From assembly GCA_963727825.1 (NCBI GenBank), contig CAVSHO010000011.1, positions 352,001 through 416,000 of the forward strand: a stretch of 64,000 bases of DNA. The letters run 5' to 3'. The position numbers were made by a program, and so were the translations under genes. The notes under the pieces were generated by a model, which worked only from the letters and a program-made list of their open reading frames with translations, searched no databases and was not told the DNA's origin. The DNA is from Ignavibacteriota bacterium. Its GTDB lineage: Bacteria > Bacteroidota > Ignavibacteria > UBA10030. This document shows, piece by piece, positions 20,527 to 31,305 of the stretch (positions within the stretch are counted from its first letter, which is position 1; each line of letters starts with the position of its first letter).

Positions 20527-21110
20527 TTAATTTTTCCTATTTCTCTGTCTTCGAGTATGGTAGAGTGCTTGTGGCTCCTTAACACGAAATCCGATTTGAC
20601 GCTTCGGTTTTTCTAATGGAGTCATCAATTGGCGAATTGCATCAAAAACGACTTGAAAATGTTTATCATATTTCTGTTCAAGTTCATCGAGTCTTTGGAC
20701 AGGTTTTTTTGTGAGGCAAGCATTTCTCGAAGCTTTACAAATGTCCGCATAATGGCAATGTTCACTGCTATCGCACGTTCACTATGCAAAACACTCGAGA
20801 GCATTAAGATTCCATGTTCTGTAAAAGCAAAAGGTTGATATTTAATGTTTTCACCTCGTTTCAAGGTCACAATTTGTGACCTTGAACGTCCTACTAGAAC
20901 ATGATTCCACCAAGTCTCCGCTTCATCTGAGGATAATTGGAACATAAAGTCCTCGGGAAATCGTTCTATATTCCTCTTAACCGCTTGATTAAGAACCTTC
21001 GTGGAAACTCTGTATAAATCAGCGAGGTCACGATCCAGCATCACCTTTTGATTACGAATCAAATAAATATGCTGTTCAATAACTTCCGATGGAACCAAAC
21101 TATAGTTCAT
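20527..21110 (-). CDS. ORF6N-domain DNA-binding protein; one base missing near 20700 (annotated ORF ends at 20625)
   Basis: IRNQKVMLDRDLADLY, LNQAVKRNIERFPEDFMFQL, PFAFTEHG. The alternative frame continues LDELEQKYDKHFQVVFDAIRQLMTP..KRQIGF to TAA at 20527. Confidence 0.85.
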
Positions 21111-22387
21111 TTTTTTGAATTTGTTAAATAATGGTGCATCGCATGCGCAGCATGTTTGCCTTGCGCGACAGACTGCACAATCGTTCCTTCACCAGCAATC
21201 ATATCGCCGCCAGCAAAGACCCTATCAATAGAAGTCTGGAAATTTTCATCAACCTTGATATATCCTTTTTCTCGAGCAAATCCCTCAAGCCAATCAGCTA
21301 CAATAGATTGGCCGATGGCGACAATAATATTATCTGTGCCAATGATGAATTCAGCTCCTTTCACTTCAACCGGTATTGGACGTCCCGATTTATCTTTCTG
21401 TTTGCTTAATTTCGTGCGTCTGCATTTCACACCCTGTACTTTTGTTTTACCAATGACAGCAATTGGATTCGTAAGAAATCGAATTTCTACTCCTTTCTTG
21501 CGCGCCTCTTCCAACTCAGCTTTCCAGACACGCATCTCTTTTTCACTGCGTCGATAAATGAGGATAACATTCTCCGCACCAAGCCGTTTTGCAGTTGCCG
21601 CCGCATCCAACGACACATTGCCGCCGCCAATAATGACGACACGCCTTCCGAGTTTCATTTTCTTTGGATTTGCCTTTGCTGCTTCAAGAAATTCTAAAAC
21701 TGGCAACACCCCTTTCATCTTCTCGCCGGGAATTCCAACGGGACGGTCCTTTCCAAGTCCAACCGCAAGAAATGTAGCATCGTATAATTTCTGGATTTGT
21801 GCAAACGTTTTTCCATTTACCATTTTCCTTTTCAGAGAAAAGTATTTCAATAAAAACTTCGTATCCGATTCTAACTCTTTATCTGCAAGACGAAAAGCCG
21901 GAATGCTGTTGCGTGGCACCCCGCCAGGTTTACCTTTATCAAATACATCCACCTTGTAACCAAACTTGGAAAGCTCAAACGCACAACCGAGTCCGGATGG
22001 TCCGGCTCCAACGACAGCAACCTTTTTATTCAATTTTGGAAACAGTTTTGTTTTCGAGAACCCTTGCTTTACTTCTTCCTGTGTTGCAAAAAAATGCAGT
22101 TCGCGGATCTTGATTGGTTCATCCTGCTTGCTTCGCGTACAAACGGATTGACAAAATGTTTCCTCCGGACAAATCTTACCACAGACATTGACGAGTGCGT
22201 TGGAAGTTTTCGCGACTTCGGCTGCTCCGATAATGTTGCCGCTGCGAATCATGCTGATAAATATTGGAATTCTAATATGCGTTGGACACGCCTGCTGACA
22301 GGGCGCATCGAAACATTGGAGGCATCGTTCAGCTTCGATTTTAGCTTGTTGAGATGTCAAGGCTATATCCACTATCTTTCTCCTCAA
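21107..22387 (-). CDS. preT: PreT/GltD-like NAD(P)H:FAD Fe-S oxidoreductase subunit
   Basis: EAERCLQCFDAPCQQACP, CGKICPEE..C, GAGPSG, GGGNV, FAGGD. Confidence 0.8.
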   Translation of the reverse strand: MRRKIVDIALTSQQAKIEAERCLQCFDAPCQQACPTHIRIPIFISMIRSGNIIGAAEVAKTSNALVNVCGKICPEETFCQSVCTRSKQDEPIKIRELHFFATQEEVKQGFSKTKLFPKLNKKVAVVGAGPSGLGCAFELSKFGYKVDVFDKGKPGGVPRNSIPAFRLADKELESDTKFLLKYFSLKRKMVNGKTFAQIQKLYDATFLAVGLGKDRPVGIPGEKMKGVLPVLEFLEAAKANPKKMKLGRRVVIIGGGNVSLDAAATAKRLGAENVILIYRRSEKEMRVWKAELEEARKKGVEIRFLTNPIAVIGKTKVQGVKCRRTKLSKQKDKSGRPIPVEVKGAEFIIGTDNIIVAIGQSIVADWLEGFAREKGYIKVDENFQTSIDRVFAGGDMIAGEGTIVQSVAQGKHAAHAMHHYLTNSKK

Positions 22388-22395
22388 TACCTACA

Positions 22396-24336
22396 CTAAT
22401 TCCATACACGCACAGGCAACACGACCATCGAAAGCCCCTGAAATTGAAGCCTGTTCTGGATAGCATTAGCTGTTTCACTGTGAAGAATTCGTTGATACCA
22501 TTTTTGTTTCTGGAAGACGAGTTTTGCTGCAAAGAATACGGACTGTTTAAATTCATGTGATAATTCTAAACAAATTTTTTCTGCTTCTTCTACGGCTTCC
22601 GTTCCGATGGACATTCGTGCTATTGCCGGAATGCCAAGGTTTATTGCCAACTTTACGTAACGATCCAATTCATGTTTCGTGTTTTCTTCGAGACGCTCGA
22701 CTTCGCCTGCTCCTTTAAAGTTGCCTGTGTCCAAGACAGCTACGGATATAAAAACCATCTGCTTGAAGTACCCGGGAAATTGTTTAATAATATTGAGAAG
22801 CGAATGAATTCCAAGTCCGTTGTAGCTTTCAACAAGTAAGATTGCAGTCGGTCGGTTACTTTCAAGTTTTATTTCCGGCTGGACTGTAGAATTTTCAGCA
22901 GGAAGTCCTTCCAGAATATCTGATAGAGAACGAAGTTTCTTATTTACAAGACGATAATGCCGCCGGATTATAACACAAAGCAGGATTAATGCTGACGTAA
23001 CAACGACCGTCATCCATGCTCCTTCTTGGAATTTCTCAATTACAACGATCGTTAAAATTGAAAGACAGAGAACGAGTCCAGTCATATGAACAGGCAGTGA
23101 CTTTTTCCATTCCGGATGTGTTTTCCGTTCTGTGATCCAGAATTTTACCATACCGATTTCGGTGAGCGAGAATGTGAGAAATACGTTTATAGAGTACATT
23201 GTCACAAGTGCATCAATATTTCCTCCTGTGTAAAGTAGAGTAGCAATAGAAGCAGCTCCGATTAGCATGATACCATAGTGCATCGTCAATCGGTCAGACA
23301 ACGAAGCAAAACGGTGAGGTAGCCAGCGATCATTTGCCATATTTGCCATAACACGAGGACCATCGATAAATCCAGTTTGTGCAGCAACGAACAAGAGCGC
23401 AGCTTCCGAAGCAAGAACAAGCACAACAAACCATGGCCCAAAATTAAGTTTTTCTACCATCACAGCATTTAGTGTTTTTCCTGGATGTTCACTTACGCCA
23501 AGCAAAAGATAAATTAAAAGAATGGAGCCAGCGGTTATCGCAAGTGACGTCGCCATATACGCCATCGTGCGTTTGCCTGTCGGAATCCGCGGCTCGCGCA
23601 TAATTTGAATACCATTCGACACGGCTTCTATACCAGTGTATGTTCCTGCACCGCGTGAATATGCACGCGCTAAAATCACAAACATTGCCCAGAAACCGAG
23701 AGTGCTATAACTCGTATGCAGATTTTGTCCAATTTGTGATGCAATTGCAGGAGCTTCATGAAAGTGCTGAATAATTGCACCGCTAAAAAGGATGAGATGT
23801 GCAACAACAAATGTGAGAAATATCGGTACCATAAATTCAATAGACTCTTTAATTCCACGAAGATTTAGAATAACGAGAATAATGATGGCAGTAGCTTCGA
23901 CTGGCACCATCCATCTTTGCCATGAGTATGGAAGGAAACTAAAAATCTGTGCCGCCCCGGATGCAATCGAAACAGTGATTGTCAAAATGTAATCTACAAG
24001 CAATGCACTTCCGGATACAACACCAAACGGTGCACCAAGAAGTTTCGTCGCTACAACATATCCACCACCGCCACTTGGAAAATGTTCAATAATACGGCTA
24101 TATGCATAAGAAATAATAAAGACTGTTAATGCCGTGGCAATAGCAAGAATAACAGCCAGTTCTGTATGTCCAGTTAGTGCACGAAAAGCTTCATCGGGTC
24201 CATAAGCTGAGGAACTTAATCCGTCGGCTCCAAGCCCTACCCACGCCAAAAAAGCGATCAGTGAAATTTTGTGGAAGAGCTTCGGGTCATGAATATCACG
24301 GGGTTTTCCGATGAGTACTTCTTTAATATTTTTCAA
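22396..24336 (-). CDS. APC-superfamily permease with cytoplasmic C-terminal domain
   Basis: ADGLSSSAYG, FPSGGGGY, TGIEAVSNG; about 12 hydrophobic segments. Confidence 0.85.
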   Translation of the reverse strand: MKNIKEVLIGKPRDIHDPKLFHKISLIAFLAWVGLGADGLSSSAYGPDEAFRALTGHTELAVILAIATALTVFIISYAYSRIIEHFPSGGGGYVVATKLLGAPFGVVSGSALLVDYILTITVSIASGAAQIFSFLPYSWQRWMVPVEATAIIILVILNLRGIKESIEFMVPIFLTFVVAHLILFSGAIIQHFHEAPAIASQIGQNLHTSYSTLGFWAMFVILARAYSRGAGTYTGIEAVSNGIQIMREPRIPTGKRTMAYMATSLAITAGSILLIYLLLGVSEHPGKTLNAVMVEKLNFGPWFVVLVLASEAALLFVAAQTGFIDGPRVMANMANDRWLPHRFASLSDRLTMHYGIMLIGAASIATLLYTGGNIDALVTMYSINVFLTFSLTEIGMVKFWITERKTHPEWKKSLPVHMTGLVLCLSILTIVVIEKFQEGAWMTVVVTSALILLCVIIRRHYRLVNKKLRSLSDILEGLPAENSTVQPEIKLESNRPTAILLVESYNGLGIHSLLNIIKQFPGYFKQMVFISVAVLDTGNFKGAGEVERLEENTKHELDRYVKLAINLGIPAIARMSIGTEAVEEAEKICLELSHEFKQSVFFAAKLVFQKQKWYQRILHSETANAIQNRLQFQGLSMVVLPVRVWN

Positions 24337-24816
24337 CTACAATCCTTTCAGTGGTGGAACATTGTTGTTTTTTACAGCATCAACTATTTGCTGGTATCCG
24401 CTGCAACGGCACAAGTTGCCGGAGATAGCGGTTCGGATTTCCTCTTCCGTTGGATTCAAATTATGATCAAGCAAATCTTTTGCGCTCATTAGCATACCAG
24501 GAGTACAGAATCCACAATGTACCGCATCGTGATCCAGAAATGACTCCTGCAGCGGATGAAGTTTGTTTCCAATCGCAAGCCCTTCGACAGTCATTATTTC
24601 TTGTCCATCAATCTGCGGAGCAAGCACAAGGCACGAATTAACAGCTCTACCGTTCATCAGCACAGTGCATGCGCCGCACTCACCGATTTCACAGCCGCAC
24701 TTTGTTCCGGTCAAGCCCAACTCTTCACGTAATAACGAGAGAAGCGTGAGATTTGGTTTGATCTCGAGTTCATATTGTCTATGATTAATCGATGTATTTA
24801 TGGTTACTTTCTTCAT
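24337..24816 (-). CDS. xdhC: Xanthine dehydrogenase-family 2Fe-2S subunit
   Basis: GTKCGCEIGECGACTV, CGFCTPG, GNLCRCSGY. Confidence 0.9.
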   Translation of the reverse strand: MKKVTINTSINHRQYELEIKPNLTLLSLLREELGLTGTKCGCEIGECGACTVLMNGRAVNSCLVLAPQIDGQEIMTVEGLAIGNKLHPLQESFLDHDAVHCGFCTPGMLMSAKDLLDHNLNPTEEEIRTAISGNLCRCSGYQQIVDAVKNNNVPPLKGL

Positions 24817-24823
24817 TTAATTC

Positions 24824-25678
24824 TCATTGGCAAGCTTCCAATGCCCTGCGAACAAGGACAGCGATAACAGGCTCTTTATATTCAGTCGACCAGCGTCTTC
24901 CGGTAAAAGAGATCATTACTTCCGAAACCTCTTGCCCTGCTTTGGCGAACAACTTGCTTGTCGGCTTTTGTCCGATCAATAATTTTTCCGCTTCCGTCAT
25001 TCGCTGCCATTTTGGGAATGCCGCGCCAGGAACAATTCGCGCTTCTTGAATAAGTCCGCTGTCATTCTTCTGCAGGATTGCCGCAACGCTCAAACGAGAA
25101 ATCGCCAGCGCATTTCTTCTTCCAAGTTTGATGAATGCGCTTTTCATCGAGTCGAGTAATTTAGGAAATCGAATCTCGGTGAGGAGCTCATTCTTTGCTG
25201 CTATAGTCTGGTAAGGCTTAACGAAGAAATCGATAATGGGAACAATACGTTTTTCTTCACCCGATTGTAATTTTACAATTGCTCCAAGTGCCATTAATGG
25301 TGGAACAGTATCTGCACAAGCGGCAGCGTTCATAATATTTCCACCAATGGTGCCGCGATTGCGAATTTGCGGAGAACCGATTACATTCGCAGCTATATGC
25401 AACAATCGCGCAAACTTTTTAATGATTGGAGATGAACCTATCTCAGTGTGTGTTGCAAGTGGTTTGATAATAATTTCGGATTCAGTTTCGATAATTCCCT
25501 TTAGCTCGTTCAAACGACTTATGTCGATGATTGCTTTGGGAGATTTGACCGATGCCTTACGCAGTTCTATCAACACATCCGTACCGCCGGCAAGAATTTG
25601 CGCGTCAATATTATAAATCGCTAGCACTTCTAATGCTTCTTGAATAGATTTTGGCAATATAAATTCAAATGGTTTCAT
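24824..25678 (-). CDS. xdhB: Xanthine dehydrogenase-family FAD subunit
   Basis: LAGGTD, IGSPQIRNRGTIGGNI, KLGRRNA. Confidence 0.9.
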   Translation of the reverse strand: MKPFEFILPKSIQEALEVLAIYNIDAQILAGGTDVLIELRKASVKSPKAIIDISRLNELKGIIETESEIIIKPLATHTEIGSSPIIKKFARLLHIAANVIGSPQIRNRGTIGGNIMNAAACADTVPPLMALGAIVKLQSGEEKRIVPIIDFFVKPYQTIAAKNELLTEIRFPKLLDSMKSAFIKLGRRNALAISRLSVAAILQKNDSGLIQEARIVPGAAFPKWQRMTEAEKLLIGQKPTSKLFAKAGQEVSEVMISFTGRRWSTEYKEPVIAVLVRRALEACQ

Positions 25679-25684
25679 ATTTTT

Positions 25685-25748
25685 CTTTGCGTGTCTTAGC
25701 GTTCTTTGCGGTTAGAATAAAACCGCGAAGACGCAAAGGTACGCCAAG
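25685..25748. repeat. Inverted doublet of a ~29-nt AACCGCRAAG-(NNCGCNAAG)2-type motif downstream of GxxExxY
   Basis: CTTTGCGTGTCTTAGCGTTCTTTGCGGTT (25685-25713) and AACCGCGAAGACGCAAAGGTACGCCAAG (25721-25748). Confidence 0.8.
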
Positions 25749-26126
25749 TTATAAGTGATTTACAACTCTTCTAATTCCATTCTTAATCAAATTGACATTG
25801 AAATTTATCAAGAATCCGAGTTTACATCCTGATAATTTTAGATAAGTTAATATTTGTGCCATATGAGCATCATTCAATATCTCTACTGATTTTATTTCAA
25901 TGATTACCTTATTCTCAATAAGCAAATCAATCCTATAACCGCAATCAAGTTTGACTTCATTGTATACAACAGGTAATGCTTTTTGTGATTCAACATATAA
26001 TCCAGCATCAATTAATTCGAACTTTAAACATGCTTCATAAGTCGATTCGAGCAATCCGGGCACTAGCGCTTTATGTACGTTGAGTGCTCGATCAACAACA
26101 ATTTTCCCAATTTCATTTTCAGTCAT
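25749..26126 (-). CDS. GxxExxY protein (PD-(D/E)XK nuclease-like)
   Basis: PGLLESTYE, GYRIDLLIENKVIIEIKS, AQILTYLKLSGCKLGFLINF. Confidence 0.92.
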   Translation of the reverse strand: MTENEIGKIVVDRALNVHKALVPGLLESTYEACLKFELIDAGLYVESQKALPVVYNEVKLDCGYRIDLLIENKVIIEIKSVEILNDAHMAQILTYLKLSGCKLGFLINFNVNLIKNGIRRVVNHL

Positions 26127-26130
26127 ATTT

Positions 26131-26159
26131 CTTCGCGTCGTTTTGCAAACTTTGCGGTT
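26131..26159 (-). repeat. Third copy of the AACCGCAAAG motif, immediately upstream of the GxxExxY start
   Basis: Minus strand AACCGCAAAGTTTGCAAAACGACGCGAAG-aaat-ATG. Confidence 0.75.
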
Positions 26160-26199
26160 ATATTTAAGATTTTATTTTGAATGAATCTATTCCTTGTAT

Positions 26200-28534
26200 T
26201 TACTTTTCTTCCGAACCGCGTTTTCCGGTGCGAGTGAGTTTATGACCGAGCAGCACTCGTTCAAGGTTTGCAGGAATTTCGTATAAGCGTTTTCCAGTTG
26301 CGTTGTAAATCGCATTTACAATCGCCGGGGCTGCTATTTCATTGGTCGGCTCGCCGACCGATTTTGCTCCAAACGGTCCAGTGGAATCTTCATTCTCTAC
26401 TATAATTGCCTTGATGCGCGGCACATCCGTAGAAGTCGGAATTAAATATTCGTCAAAGTTGACCTGTTTTGGAATGCCGTCCTCGATTTCAAACTCTTCC
26501 AGTAAGCCATAACCAATCCCCATCGCTACACCACCGTAAATCTGTGCTTCTACCATTCCTTTGTTGATCGCCTTGCCAACATCGTGCACAGAAACAAAAT
26601 CGAGAACATCAACTTTGCCTGTTTCGATATCAACTTCGATTTCTGCAACATTGGCGCCATACACAAATGTAAAATATGCATCACCTTGTCCCTGCTTTTC
26701 ATCCCAAGAAGTCTTTGGCGAATGATGCCACCCAAGTCCGGTCATAGGCTTACCTTTGTTAAAGCATGCGGTTGCAAGCTCATTGAATGATGCCAGACCG
26801 CTCTTTTGTTTTTATATTGATGAGATAGTTGTCGAGAAGATCTAGATCGCTCACTGCAGCGTTTATTATTTCTGCACCGATTTCGAGCAACGTAGCACGC
26901 ACTTTTTCTGCAGCATTCTTCGCCGCTGAGCCGCCCATAATTGTTCCGCGCGATGCGACTGTTGCACCGGAATCTGCAACACGACTTGTATTTGTATTCA
27001 GAAATTGAATCCGGTCCATAGAAATACCAAGCACCTCAGCGGTAATTTGCGACATTTGCGTTTGTGCGCCTTGTCCCATATCTGTGATCCCTGAAGAGAC
27101 GATTACGCTGCCGTCTGTTTGCACGGAGACGACGGTTTCTGCCGCATCTGTTCCCTCTGCGCCAAGTGAAACCCCGCGATAGCTGCATGCAAGCCCAATT
27201 CCGCGTTGCTTTTCGTTAGTCGTTGTTTTACGATTACTTTTCCATTTTTTCTCGAAGTCACTTGCATCGACTGCTTTCGTCAATACTTCTTTCAGACTAA
27301 CATTGTGCGTTAGTTTTTGTCCTGTCGCAGTTGCCGCCCCGGATTCGAATCCATTCTTCATCCGAATCTCAATCGGATTCATTCCAACTTTTTCTGCCAA
27401 CTCATCCATCATCGATTCAATGGCAAAATTGATTTGCGGCGACCCAAATCCACGCATCGCTCCAGTGTAATTATTGTTCGTGTATGCCGCATAGACATCC
27501 GTCTTGATATTCTCACAATAGTAAGGCCCTGTTGCCTGCACAACGGACCGCCACGTAACGAATTGACTCATCGATGCATAAGCACCGCCATCAGCGATGC
27601 ATTTGATCTCCATTGCAGTGATCGAGCCGTCTTTCTTTGCGCCCCACTTATAATAGAGTACATACGGATGACGCTTGTAACTTTCTAGCATCGACTCTTC
27701 GCGCGTGTTAACCATTTTCACCGGTTTGCCGGTTTTTAGCGCAAGCAATGCAGCTCGGCAGCTGATCAATGTCATGGCTTCGTCTTTGCCGCCGAATGAA
27801 CCACCAATTGTTGACTGCACAATTTGCACTTGCGCAAGATCAAGATTCAGCATCGATGCAACTGAGCGACGAGTTGAAAAAAGATTCTGTACACAACCCG
27901 TGACTTTTATTCCGCCTTGTTCTGATGGTTCAGCAAGCACAGCTTCAGGTTCGATGTACGAATGCTCGATGAATTGAGTTTTAAATTTCCGTTCGATGAT
28001 AAAATCAGCTTCAGCAAAACCTTTCGTGACATCGCCCTTTTGAACGTGATGATGCACAAACTCATTTTTATCGTCATGAAGAACCGGTACACCCGGTTTC
28101 ATCGCTTCTTCCGGATCGCTTACGATGGGAAGCGGCTCGTATTCGACTTCGATCAGTGAGATCGCTTGTTCAGCAATTTCCTTCGATACAGCAGCAACAA
28201 TTGCAACACCATCTCCAAGATAGCGGACACGATCTTCCGCAAGAATGGCTTGATTCTTTACAACAACACCGAACACTTTCGCACCGGGGATATCCTTCGC
28301 AGTCAGCACTGCCTCAACACCCGTAAGTTTTTCTGCTTTCGAAATATCAATACGAATAATTTTAGCATGAGGATATTTCGAGCGTAGCACTTTACCAATT
28401 AATTGGTGCGTCACGTTATAATCGTCGGCATACTTCGCTTTTCCAGTGACCTTGCCCCACGCATCCACACGCCGTTCTGACTTGCCGATTATTTTCAATT
28501 CTTTGTTCATTTTTACTTGTTTATTTTCTTCCAC
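26200..28534 (-). CDS. xdhA: Xanthine dehydrogenase-family molybdopterin-binding subunit, split by a +1 frameshift near 26797 (probable sequencing error)
   Basis: KVTGKAKY, GGSFGGK, AMRGFGSPQ, DMGQG, TVASR, GPFGAKSVGE. Removing one base joins KER to LASFNELATACF..MTG. Confidence 0.88.
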
Positions 28535-29811
28535 AACCTTGCAGCAACTTTCTGTGCTTTTTCCATTACTGCATTTTCATCAATTTCTACGAGCTGGCGG
28601 TTCCATACAATCCAATTACCATCGATCATCACATGCTGAACCATCGAGGAGCTCATTCCAAACAAAAAATGACCGAGAATATTTTGGCGAATAATTGGGG
28701 TCGGAGAATTGTAATCGATTACAACAAGATCCGCTGGTGAATTCTTTACAAGCATTCCAAACGAACGGCCGAAGAATTGCGAGATAAGTTTCTGCCCGTT
28801 GTTTAGCATTCTCGGTAGTCGAAAGAACTCTGCCCGATGATTAGATTCAGCATTACGGAAATAACCGAATCTTGCTTCATCAAACATATCTGCCGGAAAG
28901 CCGTCCGTGCCAAGAGCAGAATGTTCTCCATACCAATTCAAGGGCGCATAACCAACGGCATTGTTCATATTAGAACGCGGATTGTGGACTATCCACGTAC
29001 CGGCTTTTTCGATTCTGTCAAATTGTTCTTGATTTAGATGAACACCGTGGGCAAAGATAGATTTCTTTCGGAGAACACCAAGTTCAGCCAACCGGTTGAT
29101 GATATCAGTATTGTAGTTTTCCATCGAATCCAATACATCAGCTTTATCTTCAGCGATATGAATGTGAACACCACAATCATACATCGATGCCAGTTCTCCA
29201 ATTTTGCGCAATGAATCATTGCATAGTGTGAAAGATGCATGCGCACCGATTGTGCCTCGGAAACGAGCATTATTTGCATTTTCTATAACAAAGCGTTCAT
29301 TCTCTTCCAATCCAAGATCGCGCTTTTTCATTCCACCGCGATCGGTGACTTCGTAGCAAAGGACTCCGCGCAGACCAACCTTCGCCATACCGGCTTTTAT
29401 CAAGTCAAGCGAACCTCGAATATAATTCGGCGATGCGTGGTGATCAATGAGCGTCGTCGTTCCAAACTTGACAGCCTCGATTGCACCAATAAGCGCACTA
29501 TAATAGATGGATTCTTCATCCAGCGCTTCATCCAACTTCCACCACACTTTTTGAAGAATCTCAATGAAGTTCATTGGCGCTTTCTTCGGCGAGGGCATTC
29601 CGCGGGAAAGTGTAGAATAAAGATGCGTATGCGAATTTACTAATCCGGGAAGAATATATTTTCCAGAAAGATCAATAACTTCATCACTCTTCTTTGGTCG
29701 TAGATTCTTCCCGCAATCAGCAATTATACTATCGATGATGCGTATATCGGCTTCGTCGATCTTTGGCGGATCGAGATTAATAATTTCGGCATTCTTTAGG
29801 AGGAAACCCAT
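28513..29811 (-). CDS. ssnA: SsnA-like amidohydrolase
   Basis: NSHTHLYSTLSRG, GTTTLIDHHASP, CYEVTDR, HIHIAE, HNPRSNMNNAVG, LGTDG. Confidence 0.85.
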   Translation of the reverse strand: MGFLLKNAEIINLDPPKIDEADIRIIDSIIADCGKNLRPKKSDEVIDLSGKYILPGLVNSHTHLYSTLSRGMPSPKKAPMNFIEILQKVWWKLDEALDEESIYYSALIGAIEAVKFGTTTLIDHHASPNYIRGSLDLIKAGMAKVGLRGVLCYEVTDRGGMKKRDLGLEENERFVIENANNARFRGTIGAHASFTLCNDSLRKIGELASMYDCGVHIHIAEDKADVLDSMENYNTDIINRLAELGVLRKKSIFAHGVHLNQEQFDRIEKAGTWIVHNPRSNMNNAVGYAPLNWYGEHSALGTDGFPADMFDEARFGYFRNAESNHRAEFFRLPRMLNNGQKLISQFFGRSFGMLVKNSPADLVVIDYNSPTPIIRQNILGHFLFGMSSSMVQHVMIDGNWIVWNRQLVEIDENAVMEKAQKVAARLWKKINK

Positions 29812-29815
29812 TTTT

Positions 29816-31063
29816 TTAGATGAGAGAAAGATTTCTAAGGTTTTGCTCTAATGTTGATAATTTCGGTTCGATGTCGATTGTCTGCCCTACTGCTTTCTTT
29901 GCAGACGCAATATCTTTCAATCCATTCCCCGTAATAACTGCGACTGCAGATTCATCCGGTTTGGTGACACCTTGCGCAATAGCTTTCTTCAATCCTGCAA
30001 TGCCTGCAACACCAGCCGGTTCGCCAAATACTCCTCCGAGTCGCGCTGTCAATCGCATAGCACTTAAAATTTCTTCATCTGAAACCGCAATCATAGTTCC
30101 ATTCGATAATTTAATTTGCTGAATTGCGCGGCGCCAATTACGCGGCGTTCCGACGGCAATGCTGTCCGCGATTGTATCGGGTTGTGATGGTACCAAATCT
30201 TTCCCCGAAAAGAAAGCATCCATTAACGGCTTTGAACCTTCTGCTTGCACACCAAGCAAACGCGGAACCCGATTTATAAATCCGAGCCGTTTCATTTCTT
30301 GTAATCCTTTTCCGATCCCGCCAATCGTACAACCATCTCCAACTGAAACAACCACCCAATCTGGAATCGCAAAACCAAATTGCTCGCCAATTTCCAATCC
30401 TGCTGTTTTTTTCCCTTCCACTAAAAAAGGATTCGTGCCGCTGTTGCGATTATACCAGCCGAACTTTTCACACGCTTCGCGGCAAAGGTCGAATGCTTGT
30501 TCGTACGTTCCCTGTACACGAATCACTGTCGCGCCAAAAATGAGCAATTGTGTTACTTTTGGTTCCGGGGCACGCTGTGGAACGAAAATGAAATTCCGCA
30601 ATCCAACCGATGCAGATATTCCTGCCAGCGATGATGCTGCATTGCCGGTTGAAGCACAAGCAATTGTTTTGAATCCAAACTCCTGTGCTTTCATTACACC
30701 AACCGAACTTGCGCGATCCTTAAATGAATTCGTCGGATTGCGCCCGTCATCTTTCAGAAACAATTTCGAGATACCGATGGCTTGTGCAATACGCGGTACA
30801 TCATACACAGGAGTCCATCCGACATGCAAATGTGGAAAAGAGATGTCAGGTGAAATGGGAAGCAATTCACGATAACGCCAATGATTAAATTGTCGATTGG
30901 AGATAATGGACTTTAGATTGGGAATTGAGTTATAATTGTATTGGACATCGAGAATGCCCTCAACACCGCAGACCGGACAAGTGAAAACGTTGCCGTAGGT
31001 TACAATTCTGCCGCATACAAGGCAGCGTAGGTTTTTAACAAATTCAGGTTTTCGGACTTCCAT
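29816..31063 (-). CDS. Threonine synthase-like PLP enzyme
   Basis: N-terminal CxxC..CxxC, NPTNSFKDR, ASTGNAA, EGKKT, ADSIAVG, TGNGLKD. Confidence 0.85.
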   Translation of the reverse strand: MEVRKPEFVKNLRCLVCGRIVTYGNVFTCPVCGVEGILDVQYNYNSIPNLKSIISNRQFNHWRYRELLPISPDISFPHLHVGWTPVYDVPRIAQAIGISKLFLKDDGRNPTNSFKDRASSVGVMKAQEFGFKTIACASTGNAASSLAGISASVGLRNFIFVPQRAPEPKVTQLLIFGATVIRVQGTYEQAFDLCREACEKFGWYNRNSGTNPFLVEGKKTAGLEIGEQFGFAIPDWVVVSVGDGCTIGGIGKGLQEMKRLGFINRVPRLLGVQAEGSKPLMDAFFSGKDLVPSQPDTIADSIAVGTPRNWRRAIQQIKLSNGTMIAVSDEEILSAMRLTARLGGVFGEPAGVAGIAGLKKAIAQGVTKPDESAVAVITGNGLKDIASAKKAVGQTIDIEPKLSTLEQNLRNLSLI

Positions 31064-31305
31064 TTATTCCTCTAATTTTCAAGCAGCAATATGTCTTCCA
31101 GATTATATATTAATATAGTGCGCTTTCTAATAGAAATCGAGAGGAAGTTTTTGGACTATTACAAATTCGAGTAAATTTGCCGCTTGCTTATTTTATAATT
31201 CAATAAAAAGCGTCGTCTAATTAACTAATCACCGTTACAAGCAAATAACTTGCGTTTTGAAATTTAAAAGTATATTCTCTTCACAGCATAGGGAAGAGAT
31301 AATAA

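Noticed and set aside
26200-28534. Selenocysteine readthrough at the TGA ending the xdhA N-terminal ORF (likewise the TGA in sdhB)
   Set aside because: The downstream coding sequence is in a different frame, so these TGAs result from frameshifts and are not recoded
30159-30875. Long antisense ORFs (e.g. 238 aa opposite the TS-like gene; also 525-1067, 34304-34909, 42889-43500)
   Set aside because: Shadow frames of well-supported genes with no recognisable motifs
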